In this document: positions 24,661-40,084 of the stretch, one piece after another | How positions within the stretch are numbered: position 1 is the first letter of the stretch | How the letters are laid out: each line of letters starts with the position of its first letter | From: the human T2T-CHM13v2.0 reference genome, Homo sapiens | Direction: 5' to 3' (one strand) | Assembly: GCF_009914755.1 (NCBI RefSeq) | Contig: NC_060937.1 | DNA: 64,000 bases | Notes under the pieces: generated by a model | The model's input: the letters and a program-made list of their open reading frames with translations, nothing else | Databases searched by the model: none | What the model was told of the DNA's origin: nothing | Made by a program: the position numbers and the translations under genes

Positions 24661-27123
24661 AAAAAAAATAAGCACACAAGACGTATTAGCCGTTGTTGTT
24701 TTCAACTAACATAGCATCCTTATCTGTTTCATCCCTTTCATTTTCTGTGCCTTTTATGGCCATCGGACTGAATTTGTTTGTTATTTGTCTGTGAATAGAC
24801 TATGAGGTCCATGAGGACGGGGATGTTTTTGTATTCATGGTTGTATTTCCAGCACTTAGAACGGTGCCTGACACAAATTAAGTGCCCAGCTATTTCTTAA
24901 ATGAATGACTGAACCCCATTTTGCTCTGATTAAACAAAGCCACTAGGTGGTTAATAGCATACCCAAGGCCATTCAGATGAAAGTGATAGAGCCAGATAGG
25001 ATTCAAACCTAGGAAGTCTAAAGCCTATACTCTACACAAGTGAAGCTCCAAACACTTTCTTTTAGGTACCCTATACAGTCACCTACCTAGTCTAGGTCAC
25101 TTGGTAGTTTATCCATGCATCCAGTGGTTTCCCATCCCTATTCCCTTACTCTTTTTGCATTTCACATGAACTCCATCTACCTTCACCTCTCCAGACCTTA
25201 GTGCAACTCATTGAAGAAACCTGAGGTTATCTCCCATTCATTAATTCACCCACTCAGTCAACAAGTATTTTTTTAAGTGCCACCTGTATACCATATCCAG
25301 ACTTACATTTTGTTCAGCCACCTCTTGTATTATTTGTTTTCAACTTGCATTGTCCTTGGTTGTCAATGGCTTTGCTTCTTTTTAGGTGTAAGCTTTATAT
25401 TATAGAAATGTTGGTTGATTCATGACAGGCTCTCTAGTGTAACAAATCCAAATTACAGTTCTAGATGCACACAGTTTGGGTTTTGAATTCCAGCCTTACT
25501 AAATTCCTTAATGTTTTTATTCCGTGATTTCCTATAAAATGATAATAGTATTTATTCCGTGGAATTATCGGGAGGATTAATCAATGTATGTAAGCTCATA
25601 GATGCTTGGTGTATACTAATAATAAACTTATTATTTACATATTATTTTATTTGTAGCTATACTTACTCAGCACAATATTATTATTTTTCTACTTCCATGG
25701 TGCTTAGTGTAGTTTTTGTTGTGGTTTTCTAGTTTGACTGAAAATGTAGAAGATTGCAATAGTCGTGTTCCTGAGTTTGACACATAATCATCATTGATCC
25801 CTGAAAGGCTGCTGTTTTTCTAATGTATTTATTCTTTTCATTCCTATAGCTCATTCCATTTCTTAATGCAAACATTTTAATGTTTTGTTTACATGTATTC
25901 TTGAGAATGTGTATCTTTTAACTTTACAGAAATGTAAATTATATGCTTTGTTTTAGTTCTTATCTCTTTTTTCCTACTCAGCACTGTTTTTGAAGTTATC
26001 TATTACTTTGTATACATCTAGTCCTTTGCTTCCAACTCTTATATAATTCTTTGTGTGCGTCTACCAGTCTTTCTACTCCTACATTGCTAGGCATCCAGAT
26101 TGCCTCCAGCTCCTTGCAACACATGCAGCATTAGACATTTCTCTTCTGGACCTCTGTGAGCATGTCTTTGACATATATAAATGTCTCCTTCATTTAACTA
26201 AGTGTACTGCCAGGTTATCTCCAAAATAGCTGCCCTGCTGTATATTAGTAGAGTTTTTTTCTCTATCATACGAGCACTCAGGATTCTCTGCTTGAAGACT
26301 CTTTAGGAATAAGATGTTTGCTCTCAAATATATGAAGAAATACCTATTGTAGAGTTAGCCTTCCATAATTTATTGAACCTAAAGCACCTCTGTTGTAAGA
26401 TGCATCATTACATACATTGCTAAGGTTAAACACTTCCAGTTGAATTGTTAAGTGCCTTAGATTGTAAAATGCATTCCAATTTTAGAGATGTTAAAATGTG
26501 AGAAAGTGTGAGTCTGGAGTTGATGAAAGAATATTTAAAAAATATTTTTATTAAAGAATATGTATATGTATGTTAATGTGTGTATGTGTGTATATATATG
26601 TTTACTTCTTACATGCCCTGGGAATAACACCTTAGACAGGCAAACAGCACTACACACATGATATATATTTTTTCACTTATTTGTTTATGTATAAATTGGT
26701 ATGTGACATATTTCTTTATATGTTTTAAAATAACACCTTTATTTGTATGTGTTATTATATGTTTAGTTATGTCTTTATTTTTGTCTTTATGTGTGAAGCA
26801 CTCCAGATGAACAAAGTGCTACACTGTTTCTTGTGAGCAGTGATTCTAAAGCTAGTACACCCCACTGAATTTTGTCCCTCTGGTCGATTGTGAGGACTCA
26901 GAAGTATATTGGACTCCTGGTGTTAGAGCTGTTTGTTTTCTTGGTGTTTCAATGAGGTCCAGCTCTAGAAGAAAGCAAAGAAGGTTCATGGGGTATTTTG
27001 AAATGAACAGGGTCCCCAAAAGCCTGATGGATCTGGTAACACCACGCGGTATTTGATTCAAATCTATCTGGTAGCATCCTCTCTGAATTTTTAAGTGAAG
27101 AAGAAAGGGGCTCAATTTGGTAG

Positions 27124-27433
<310 letters not shown>

Positions 27434-28681
27434 CATGCCATACACTTTTTAGCCTGGGCAGGAAACTTAAAGCCTAGGTCTTGAAAGAAAGGTATTTTTA
27501 ATTGGTCATTCATTCTCCAAAGCTTATTGAGCATCGTATGCTAACGTTATGAAAAATAAATTTTCCTCACTAGACTATAGCTCCATGATAATGGTTGGAA
27601 GTCACAGGAAAGGTAGATTTCTGCTCAGTGTAAGCCTGTTATTGCTATTAACATTGAAATGGCCTGATCTTAAGTTTCTGAGCTTCCTGTCATTGGAAGC
27701 ATTTAAGTAGTCCTGAATAGTCAACTGTTAATAAATATTATAGGTATTTCTATTTTGGAAAGAGATTGAACCAACTGCCCAGGGTTTCAAGGATTAAGTT
27801 CAGCAGTTAATACCAGAGACTTGAAAAATGGTGGTTTCTGGTAACAGAGACCTGGAAACCATGGCTTAAGCAAGAGAAGGATTTTGTTTCTTTGGTATAA
27901 CAAAAATCCAAAAATAGGTATTTTAGTAGACCTCAAGTGATTACTCCTTGATCGCATTAGGAACCCAGGCTCCTTTTAACCTTAGCTATTTTCAACATAT
28001 GCTTTTCACCTGAAATCATAAGATAGCTTATCTGCCTCCAGTATTGTGTACATGTAAAAGGTGGTAATAAGGAGAAGGATAGTGGAAAAGGGGGCATGTG
28101 CCAAATGAGTCAGTCCTCTTTAAAGAGTTCTTCCAGAAGTTCAAGCCAGTGGCCTCAATTGACTAACATTGTATAGCATGACCACCCCTACCTACAAGGG
28201 ATGGGAAGCTAACTGGACATGTTGTTACTAATAAAAACCAGAGTATGTCAGAAAGAAGGGAAGGTTTGATGTTGGGAGGCAAGTAAGTTTTTTCTTCTAC
28301 CCATCAAAATCTTTTTTTAGTTAGAAAATATTTGAATCTAACATGTCCCACTCCATTGTGGCACCAATACAAATGGTTATGGATACATGGCTTTATTATA
28401 GTTTGTTACTAGGAATAGTCTTGGCCGTATTGATTTGAATTCTCCATGTCTAAAAACAGGAACAAGCAGGTCCAAGAACACTTTAAAAGCACTTCCCACT
28501 CAGCTGCTTGTTAACTGAAAGAATGTAGAAAAGCTACTCAGAAGAGTAGCTATTCAGGCCAAACTTCCTGATAGTAGAGCATTGTTAGCTTTACACTTTT
28601 ATTTCCATCTATTGCTGCCTAGATTCCCTTCCTTACTGTACTTCTTTATTCCTTTCCTCTTCTCTGTTCTTGCCTTTCAAA

Positions 28682-28960
<279 letters not shown>

Positions 28961-29155
28961 ATTGAGCTCTTTAAAATTTTTAAATGCCCCAAACTCTTTT
29001 TATTTATCTCTCATTAGAGATCTGTGGGTTCCTTATTACCTGGGAAATGAATACATTTCCCAGCTTGTCCTTGAGTTAAGAGACTCAATTTAGAAGTTAA
29101 TTGAAATTATAAACATTGAAACCCTGAAAAAAATGTTTTTTTTTTCCTCGTGATA

Positions 29156-29385
29156 CAGGTTGTTTCTTATCTAAAATGCTTGGGACCAGAAATATTTCAG
29201 ATTTTTGATTTTTTTTTTAATTTGGGAATATTTGTGTTAGACCAGTTGAGCATCCCAGATCTGAAAGTCTGAAATCCAAAAGGGTCAACTGAGCATTTCC
29301 TTTGAGTGTCATAGTGACTCTCAAAAAGTTTCAGACTTCAGAGCATTTTGAATTTCAGATTTTAGGGTTTGGGATGCTCAACATG
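29156..29385. mobile_element. Tigger4a/MER46A-like TcMar element
   Basis: TA-flanked CAGGTTG...CAACATG termini; AAAATGCTTGGGACCAGAA. Confidence 0.75.
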
Positions 29386-29903
29386 TAACAGTATTCTTGA
29401 TTTGGGAAACAGTAATTATAAGGAATGTGTTTATTTTACATTTTATATTGATTTATTTATTGAGATGTTGCTGGATATATGCCAATGGATATGACAGAGG
29501 TCCCCCTTCTTATGGCCAAGACAGAAAATATTTTATGCTTTGTAGGCCACCTATGCTCTATCAGATTTTTCTTATGGGCTGGATTTAGCCCATCACCATT
29601 TTTTAATTCTTGCTTTAGACTATGTAGTCAGAAAAGCTATTGGCAAAGTTTAGCAGTTAAGAGTTACATGTCCTGATTTCTGTATTCAAAATGGCACTAA
29701 AATAATAGACTAAGGGCAGACAAGACAGAAACAGAAGAGTTACATTCCTAAGTTTTTGGCTTATTTAACTGGGGCCATTTATAAGAATGGAAGGCTGGGA
29801 GAAAACTGATCTGGGAGGTAAAATATATTAATAAGTTCAGTTTTGAAGGTGTAACTTATAGATTCCTAAATGTAATTGTCAGTTAGAGTTTAGGAGGAGT
29901 CCA

Positions 29904-29904
<1 letters not shown>

Positions 29905-29953
<49 letters not shown>

Positions 29954-29997
29954 ATAGATAGATCACACACACCCTTATAGATAGATCACACACACAC

Positions 29998-30032
<35 letters not shown>
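29905..30032. repeat. Compound STR (CA)23 + duplicated spacer + (GATA)n
   Basis: Direct reading. Confidence 0.97.
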
Positions 30033-30033
<1 letters not shown>

Positions 30034-30416
30034 ATCAGCATATAGGTGGCACCTAAAGCCATGGGATTGTATGGTATTTCCTAGGGAGAACAGAGGGCTA
30101 TAAAGTAAGTCAAAGGGGTAGTCCAGCTGAGGAGCCTAGAAAGCTTAAGAGTATTTAGTGAGTTAAGAAAACTAGAGAAGAGTATCATGGAAGCTAAAAG
30201 AGAATGAAGTGGTTAGCTGTATCAAGTCATGCTGTCAAATAAGATAAATAGGCAGAAAAAAACAATGCACAGGACATTATGGACTTTAACAAGAATAGTT
30301 TCACTGGAATAGTATGGGGCAAAAACTATATTGAAGTTTTGCTCTGAAGACCAACAGAGAAATGGTGCTATAGCAAAGAGAATGATGTGATCAAGGGACC
30401 ATTTGCTTGATGATAG

Positions 30417-30828
<412 letters not shown>

Positions 30829-31112
30829 TGAAATTCATGTATTTTAAGGGGCAAACAGGAATCGTCTTGGTTAAAGCAAAGGGAATAAAGAATTTTCTAA
30901 ATAGACTAAGAGCAAAATCCAAGTGCTTGAGAAAGCACAGCATACTTGGGGGATGGCAAGCACTTAATATTGGCTGAAATGGAGTTTCCTTTTAAGCTAA
31001 TGACAAAAGTAGTTGGCTAGATCAAGAAATACCACTGTATTATGCCACAGTGTTTAGAATTTATTCTGAGGACAGTGAGGATCCTCTGAAGAATGTAAAA
31101 CTAGGAAAATAA

Positions 31113-31407
31113 TTTTTTTTTTTTGAGACGGAGTCTCGCTGTGTCTCCCAGGCTGGAGTACAGTGGTGCAATCTTGGCTTACTGCAGCCTCCGCCTTCCA
31201 GGTTCAAGTGATTCTCCTGCCTCAGCCTCCTGAGTAGCTGTGACTACAGGCGCCCGCCACCATGCCTGGCTAATTTTTGTATTTTTTAGTAAAGATGGAG
31301 TTTCACCATGCTGGCCAGGCTTATCTTGAACTCCCGACCTCAAGTTGTCTGCCCGCCTCGGCCTCCCAAAGTGCTGGGATTACAGGCGTGAGCCACCGCA
31401 CCCAGCT
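31113..31407 (-). mobile_element. Alu (AluS-like)
   Basis: Reverse full Alu, TSD-like GAAAATAA. Confidence 0.95.
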
Positions 31408-31447
31408 GAAAATAAATTTTTGATAGCATTTTTTAAAGGTAAGATAG

Positions 31448-31807
<360 letters not shown>

Positions 31808-31869
31808 CTCTATCCATTTTTAGCCTGTTTCTTTCAAGTGTTTTTAAAATATGTTTATTATGAAACTGA

Positions 31870-32022
<153 letters not shown>

Positions 32023-32852
32023 TAAGAAAAGTTTTTTTTAAAAAAAAAACAACATCTATTTAGCAATTAAAAGTAATTTTATTGCCTGTTCATGTTTGTG
32101 ACTGTAAGCTAAAATAGAGAAATTTTAAGTCAGAGAGAGCAATAATTTTTACACCTAGACCACAAAAAAAGTAGGATACTTGATATGGTACATAAAATAC
32201 AGAAAGTCAAAATTCAACATTCATTCAACAAACATTGGTCAGTGTAAACCATATATGATAAAGGAAGCTCTCTAAACTGACCACCATTAACCTTTCTTCT
32301 TTTACGCAACATATTGATTGATTCTCATGACCCATTGGACTTTCCTGGCCTGAAGTACTTTCTATTATTCCTGTGTACTTTCTCTAGCTCAGTTGTGGGC
32401 TTATCATGCTTAAATATGCCTATGGCAATTATACTTATGTAACTTAATTAAAAATAATACAAACAATGAAATAAATTCTTTGGAACGATTCAATAAAAGG
32501 AACTAAAAAAATTATGAAATTAAATATAAGCAACACAAGTTTAAAGATTGAGGGCAAACATGAAATCCATATAAGATACCTTCATTGGTTTCTTCCTAAA
32601 TGTCTTTTAGGATCTCATGCCATTGTAAAGAAATTGAACTTGGAAATCATACATGATGATTTACACAAAATCAAATCATACCTCTGTATTCAAAATATCT
32701 GGATCCTATATAAAAATGTGAATGTTTAGTTCTATGTTTTAATTACAGGTAAAAGTGTAAAACAGGTAAATTTTCCCTTTTTAAGATTTTACTACTTAAC
32801 TGATATTGTAAAAAATTATCGGACCTTTTTATCAGCCACTATCACACTAGAT

Positions 32853-33034
32853 TAGTGGACCTCAAACTTTAGCATGTATCAGGAACAGTTGAAGGGCTTG
32901 TTAAAGAAGCCTACTGGATCCCACCCTCAGAGTTTCTGACTTGTGGGGGTGGGGTCCTGAGAATGTGCATTTTTACTGGGTTCGCAGGTGATGCAGATGC
33001 TGCTGGTCCAGAAACAATACTTTGAGAACCACTG
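32853..33034. mobile_element. MER5A
   Basis: AGTGGACCTCAAACTTTAG...CTTTGAGAACCACTG. Confidence 0.85.
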
Positions 33035-33139
33035 CATTTGATAATAGGTCTTCTATGCTAATTCTGTAAGACATATATCAGATTGAATGATGCTGCTGAG
33101 AGGGCAGTCACGAGTCTATTGTAATAAAACTCTTGATAG

Positions 33140-33830
33140 CTGATGGTCATAAAAAATGGTTGGATTCTGAATATTTTTTGGAGGGCTGATGGATTCAATG
33201 TGGGGCTTAAGAGAAAAAGGGGAGTCAAGGATTACATCAAAAGTTTTGGCCTGAACAAATGAAAAAATGGAATTTCTGTCAGCTAAGAAGAAAGAAATCA
33301 TGGTAGCAAAGGTTTTGTGAGTAAAAAGCCTGAGTTCAATTTGGGACATGTTAAGTTGGAGTTTTCTAGTTAGAAATCCATGTGGAGGTATACGAAAAGT
33401 CTCGTGTAGAGGTACAAATCTGGGGATCATTAGGCTATAGACAGTATTCAAGTCATGAGACTAGATGAATTCCCCAAGGAGTGCGTACAGACAGAAGAGG
33501 ACCAAGTACTCCAACATTAAGACAAAGCAGAAAAGGAGACTGAGAAGGAACCACAGTAAAATAGAAGAAAAATGAACAGTATGATGTCTTGGAAGCCAGG
33601 TGATGAAAATGTATCAAGGAAAGAAAGTGACTTGTGTCAAGCTCTATCATTAGATCATGGAGGAAAAGAACTAAGAATTGATCATTTGCAATTTAGATGT
33701 CATTGAGATTTCATTGGAGACAGTAAAAATATGATCGCCATGGGTTTAAGAGGAAAGGATTTGGAGACAATAATTATAGACAACTTTTGAGCAAGCTTGC
33801 TCCAAAGGGGTGGCTAACAAAGGGGGAAGT
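33140..33830. mobile_element. L2 fragment
   Basis: GAGTTCAATTTGGGACATGTTAAGTTGGAG and GA-rich L2 3' region. Confidence 0.7.
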
Positions 33831-33938
33831 GCAGTGAAGTCCAGAGTTGTGGTTTTGTTTGTTCATTTGTTGTAAGATTGAAATAACAGCATGTGTGTCT
33901 GTTAATGGGATTGATATAGTAGGGAAGGGGAAAATCAG

Positions 33939-34302
33939 TAATATGATTTGGCTGTGTCCCCACCCAAATCTCATCTTGAATTATAGCTCCCATAATTCCT
34001 ACATGTCATGGGAGGGACCTGATGGGAGGTAATTGAATCATGGAGGTGGTCTTTCCCATGCTGTTCTCATGATAGTGAATAAGTCTCACAAGATCTGATG
34101 GTTTTATAAATGGGAGTTCCCCTGCACAAGCACTCTTGTCTGCCACCATGTAAGACATGCCTTTGCTTCTCTTTTGCCTTCCGCCATGATTGTGAGGCCT
34201 CCCCTGCCATGTGGAAGTCTGAGTCCAGTAAACCTCTTTCCTTTATAAATTACCCAGTCTTGGGTATGTCTTTATTAGTAGCATGAGAGCAGACTAATAA
34301 CA
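33939..34302 (+). mobile_element. THE1 solo LTR (MaLR)
   Basis: TTTGGCTGTGTCCCCACCCAAATCTCATCTTGAATT...CAGACTAATA, ATCAG at both flanks. Confidence 0.92.
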
Positions 34303-34827
34303 TCAGATTGTCCCTTCCTGATCAGAATCTTTCAGTAGGCAACTAACAATAATGTCTGCTACATGTATTCTTTGAGAATGATGAGTATGTGCAGATTACT
34401 GTTTTCATTACCTCATTGGTTGAGTGAATACCTTATGGTGGTTCAGTGTTACCATCTTAAAGAGATATCCTTGAAGTATCAGGATAAAAGGGAAATGAAA
34501 ATTACTTTAATAAGTAGAGTCCTTGATGTTTAACATTAAACCTTAAGCAGAAGAAATATATAATTTTATAATTTGAATTTCTAAAATTATTCTTTAAGAA
34601 TATCAATTCTCTGTTTAATAATTTATATGGTTACACATTTAATAATTAGTATGGAATTGTCATTTCATATTTAACTGATTAATATGAGTAAATAAGTATT
34701 TAGCTGGAGTAAGTAAATAATACTGTCAGGTTTCTGATTTCCTAACTTTATGTTGATATAAATAGGAAACTGTGAGAAAATTAGATCTCAAATACTTTTT
34801 TAAAGCCTGCCATAAATTCTCTTCTAA

Positions 34828-35124
<297 letters not shown>

Positions 35125-35474
35125 TGATACATTATTTTATGGCTATGGATGGTGAATGGTGTTGAGATCCAAATTTTAAAGGATCATGACCATTGATCTC
35201 CAAAGTCAAGCAATAAATAGGTTTCTGAAGTTAATGACTGCATAGTCCATAGAAATGAATTATCGTAAACTGGTGGTTTCTTACATTCTCAAAATGAAAA
35301 ATTATAAACAACAGAGTAGTTGTTGCCAGGGGTTGGTTGGGGATAGTGGGAGAGAGGAGTCAGCGTGGTTATAAAGGGATAGGATGAGAAAGAACTTTGT
35401 GGTGAGAGATTGGCGCAAGATCTTGATTGCAGTGCTGGTTACACAAATCTAGAACACCTAGGATTAATCTATGG

Positions 35475-35844
35475 CAGTGGTCTCAAATATTTTGGTGTCA
35501 GCATTCATTTACATTCTAAAAGTTATTGAGGACCCCAATGAGTGTTTGTTTATATGGGCTGTATCTATTAATATTTACCATACTAGAATTTTAAACTAAC
35601 AACTTTTTTAAACACAAGAATAAGCACACAATTCCATTGGCCTTAAGAGTGATAATGTCATATGTCATGTAGCCACTGGCAAACTCCACTGAACAGTCAT
35701 GAGAGAATGAGAATGAAACGGGGAAAAAAAATCTTAATAATTACTAGGAAAGTCGTTTTGATCTTGTGAATTCCCTGAAAGGATCTCAGAGTGGCGAGTG
35801 GGGCAGAGTCCAGGAGTCCCAAAACCATATGTTGAGAACTGCTG
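35475..35844. mobile_element. Charlie4a-like hAT element
   Basis: CAGTGGTCTCAAA...TTATTGAGGACCCC...TTGAGAACTGCTG. Confidence 0.65.
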
Positions 35845-37305
35845 CTTTTTAATATGTAGATGTCATTTTACCCTGAGAGGCTTGAATTTTTTAATCCCTA
35901 AAAAGGGTTAATAGTAACGGTGCGTTTCTATTGGGGATAATTGTAAAGACTATAACTATGTATGTAAAATGCTTGTGAGCATAGTGCTTAGAAGATAATA
36001 AACACATAAAAATGTTGTCTATTGTTTTTGCTGGAGTGGTGGTTGCTATTCTTGGTTCTCATTGGGAAAAGATTTGCAGATTAGTGATGTCTGATAAAAT
36101 GAAGTTACTTTTTTGTTCAGCTGTTTTTTTTTTTTTTTTTAAAGGCTCAAATACAGCTTTTCTGTCCAAAGTATACTGTCCAAAACAAATTAAATATCTC
36201 AAATTCTGTTTTTGAGGCTTCATTTACAGTAGATATAAAGTATCACACTGGTGGCAGTTACACATATTTTTGCTGTTTGTTTTCTTAATATTCCTTCTTA
36301 CATCTTTTGTTTTCACAGACAATATTATCCTTAACTAATTAATTATATGCAGATTCTTTTTGTTGAGGGCTAGTATTAAGATTTGCCTCTTACCAAATAA
36401 TGGTATTCTTGTAATACCGTCATATGTTAAGGAGTTTCAGATTGCATGCCTATATGATAGCCCCTAATTACTCTCTCCTAATTTGCTGTAATGATTTCTT
36501 AGTTTTATGGGACCTTGTCAGATGGAACACTTTACTGAGCTAGGGTAGGAAAATTTCTCTGAGACAAGTATGAGTGGAAAGAGAGACCTGAACTAAATGG
36601 AAGTAATGACGTGAAAGATACCTCTTGATTCATTCTGATTAGACTTCCACTGTAGGGACAGCAGTAAATAAAGCTTTGCCAAGAGCCTGGGATGAAAATA
36701 AAGAATACACTTTACCTCTTCATCAAGTATTTATTGAGTGCTTATCATATATTTAGGCATTGGAAATACAGCGGTGTATAAACCAGACAAAAATCCCTGC
36801 CCTCAGGTTGTGAAAGTGGAGCAACACAGGCAATAACTTAAAAATTAAATATGTAGAATATCTGTTTGTCAAAGGTGCTACAGAGAAAAGAGCAGGGGTG
36901 AAAAATAGGGAGTGCTACTTAAAATTAGGTAAAGAAATCAGGGAGGGCTTTACTAACAAGGTAATATTTGGTCAGAGACCTATAGGGAGACAAGGCATGA
37001 GCCATGCATTTATATGGGGGAAGAACTTCTCTAGCAGAAGAAACAGCAAGAGCAAGACTCCTGAACATTTGTGATATGTTCCAGAAGTTTACAAGCACCT
37101 AGTGTGGAGTGAGCAGTAGTAGATGAGTAGTAATGGAGTGTCAGTAGAAGGGAGGAAATACTGTCAAAGGTAAGAGGTTATAAATCATCTGGCCCTTGAG
37201 GGAAGTTAATTGAACATTAAGGCTTGATAGAAAGTATTAGTGGCTAGGGTCCATTAATGACTGTCTTGTTGTAGTTTTGTAAATATTTATCTTTATTACT
37301 GGTAA

Positions 37306-37548
<243 letters not shown>

Positions 37549-39486
37549 TAGAGTCCCTCAGGATTTGTGATAAGGCATATAAAAGTCAGTGATTGAAAAA
37601 TGGGACTATGGGATGGTGACTGCTACAGTTCAATAATGGGAAGGAGGTTAAATTGGAAGTAGTCATCTTAAACATTGACAAGACAAGTCTGTGTTATTGA
37701 CGTATCCTATAGTTGAGCTTTTATTGTTGCAAGTCAATTTTATAATCAACTGCTTTTGAAATCCTAATATGGGCTATATCTGAAAATTGCTGTGTATCCT
37801 TAGATGACGCATATGCATGTATTTATTTAGTAATTTGTCTCTATTTTTAACATCACTTTGTCAGGAAATTTAAGCAAGAAACAAGAAATGTAGGCCAAGC
37901 TATGCAGGGGATCTCTTGCAGGTGCCATAAGAAAGAAGAAAAGGAGAATATTTTTACTTTGAACTAAGTTGACTCGTAGGTTCTGGTTTGCCTAAGACTG
38001 TTGCCATTATTCCTGTGAATAAATATTAATAGCACCCCTTTATTTTCAAAATTATCTCAGCCTAGACGATGAATATAGTAATCATAAATCAACATTTATA
38101 TAGAAGGGTGGACTAATCATTAACTTGGTTGTATTATTGACCAAATATCCTAGAATACTATCTTGTAGTTATAGTCTACTAACAAAAAAATAATGGTAGA
38201 TTGATTCATTCTACCATGTAACAGTTGGAAATGGGTGGCTGTTTTTCTTCAAATATTTCGTTATTCTAAAAGGAAAACACTTCTAGTTTACAAATGGGGG
38301 CTGCTGCAGTTCTTCATTACAAGTTAGCCTTGTTCGTGATATGAGATGGAGCTACTGTCCATTTATTACTTACGTGGCTTCTTTGTGAAGTGCAGTTAAC
38401 TCTCATAATATTTATTCTGAGCATGTGTACTGATACTAGCATTAACCCCAGTGGTGTGCATGGTGCTGTGCTAGGTGCTGGCAGTGAACCCAAGAGAGGC
38501 AATGCCTGCCCTTCTAGAGTTTACTTTCTAGCAGGTTAGGATTAGAACATTAGGTGATATTTTGACACTCTCATTTACTGTGTGACCATGACCAGGTCAT
38601 TTAATGTTTCCTGTTCTGTCAAATGGAGAAAATAATACTGTTTGTTCATTTATTTAATTGCATTGCCTATATTTCTGTTTCAGAGTAAAAACATGATTTT
38701 AGCAAAGTTGCATACAAACATTTATGTCCTATTTTAAGGGCAGTTTTTGTCAATGATATTATCCAGAAATAAATAATTATAATTTAATTTGTATTTTTAA
38801 TGCTCTACTTTGCTGTACTATTAGTCTTAGAGATAATTTACTTAAGTCTTGCCATAGAACCAATATTTCAGACAAAATAAAAAGGCTTAGCTTCCTCTCC
38901 TCTGAGGAGCAGTGACATCAGCAGGAGCAATTAGAGGGGCAGATGTGCCCCCACTCCAAACTTCAGTTGTTTTCTTTTCTTCTCCTAGCATGTCATATTG
39001 TGCAGGTAAACTGTTTTGCACATTTAGAAAGATAGTTCAATTAAAAAAAAAATTCAACTGTAGTCAAAATAGTAGAGAACAGAGAAGGCCACTGTTTGGC
39101 CACTTTCTAATTTTGCAGCCTTGGGCAAATCATTTATACTCTATTGTTTCTGTAAAATGCCCAGGATGGTTTTGGTGGTACAGGGGTTATTGGGGAAGAG
39201 GCAGTTAGACAAGGTCTTAGCGTTGGTTCTATACACCTTATGGTACCTCAGCATCCCTCAAGGACTTCTTACTGTGTAGTAGGAGGGCTGGAGGAGCTCC
39301 CTATCCTTGTTTTTATCAAGCCACCCTTTTTAAAATAACCTTAATATTTGGGACTTCTCAGCATGATTTCTCTTGAACACAGATTCCTCAGGCCATTCTT
39401 AGAGTTTGTGGTTTTTCTGCCCTGTCAAGGACCTGGTACAGGTCAACTTGCCAAACACTAGGAAAAAAGTAAATATTTTTAAATAA

Positions 39487-39819
<333 letters not shown>

Positions 39820-40084
39820 TAGTAAACAATAAATAGTACTACTCAATATTCAAATAAATGTCACATATTCTGGAGTTTATTTTTTGAAATGGTTCATTAA
39901 ATTATTTACTGCTATTTATTTGAGGAATTAAAAGACATAGTTTCTCATCTCTGCGACTTGATAACAATGTGATGATCTTGGATAAAAAACAGTCTGTCTC
40001 CTATCTTAACAGCTTCTCCGTCCGTAAAATAGGGACGATAACATGTAACACCTACCACACGTGGTCATATTATAAAGAATGAAA

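Noticed and set aside
24938-24955. CCACTAGGTGGT CTCF-like motif
   Set aside because: Lacks the conserved terminal C and sits in MIR-like sequence; weak.
32741-32770. CAG|GTAAA motifs resembling recursive splice sites
   Set aside because: The intron is only 2.8 kb and the pyrimidine tract is poor.
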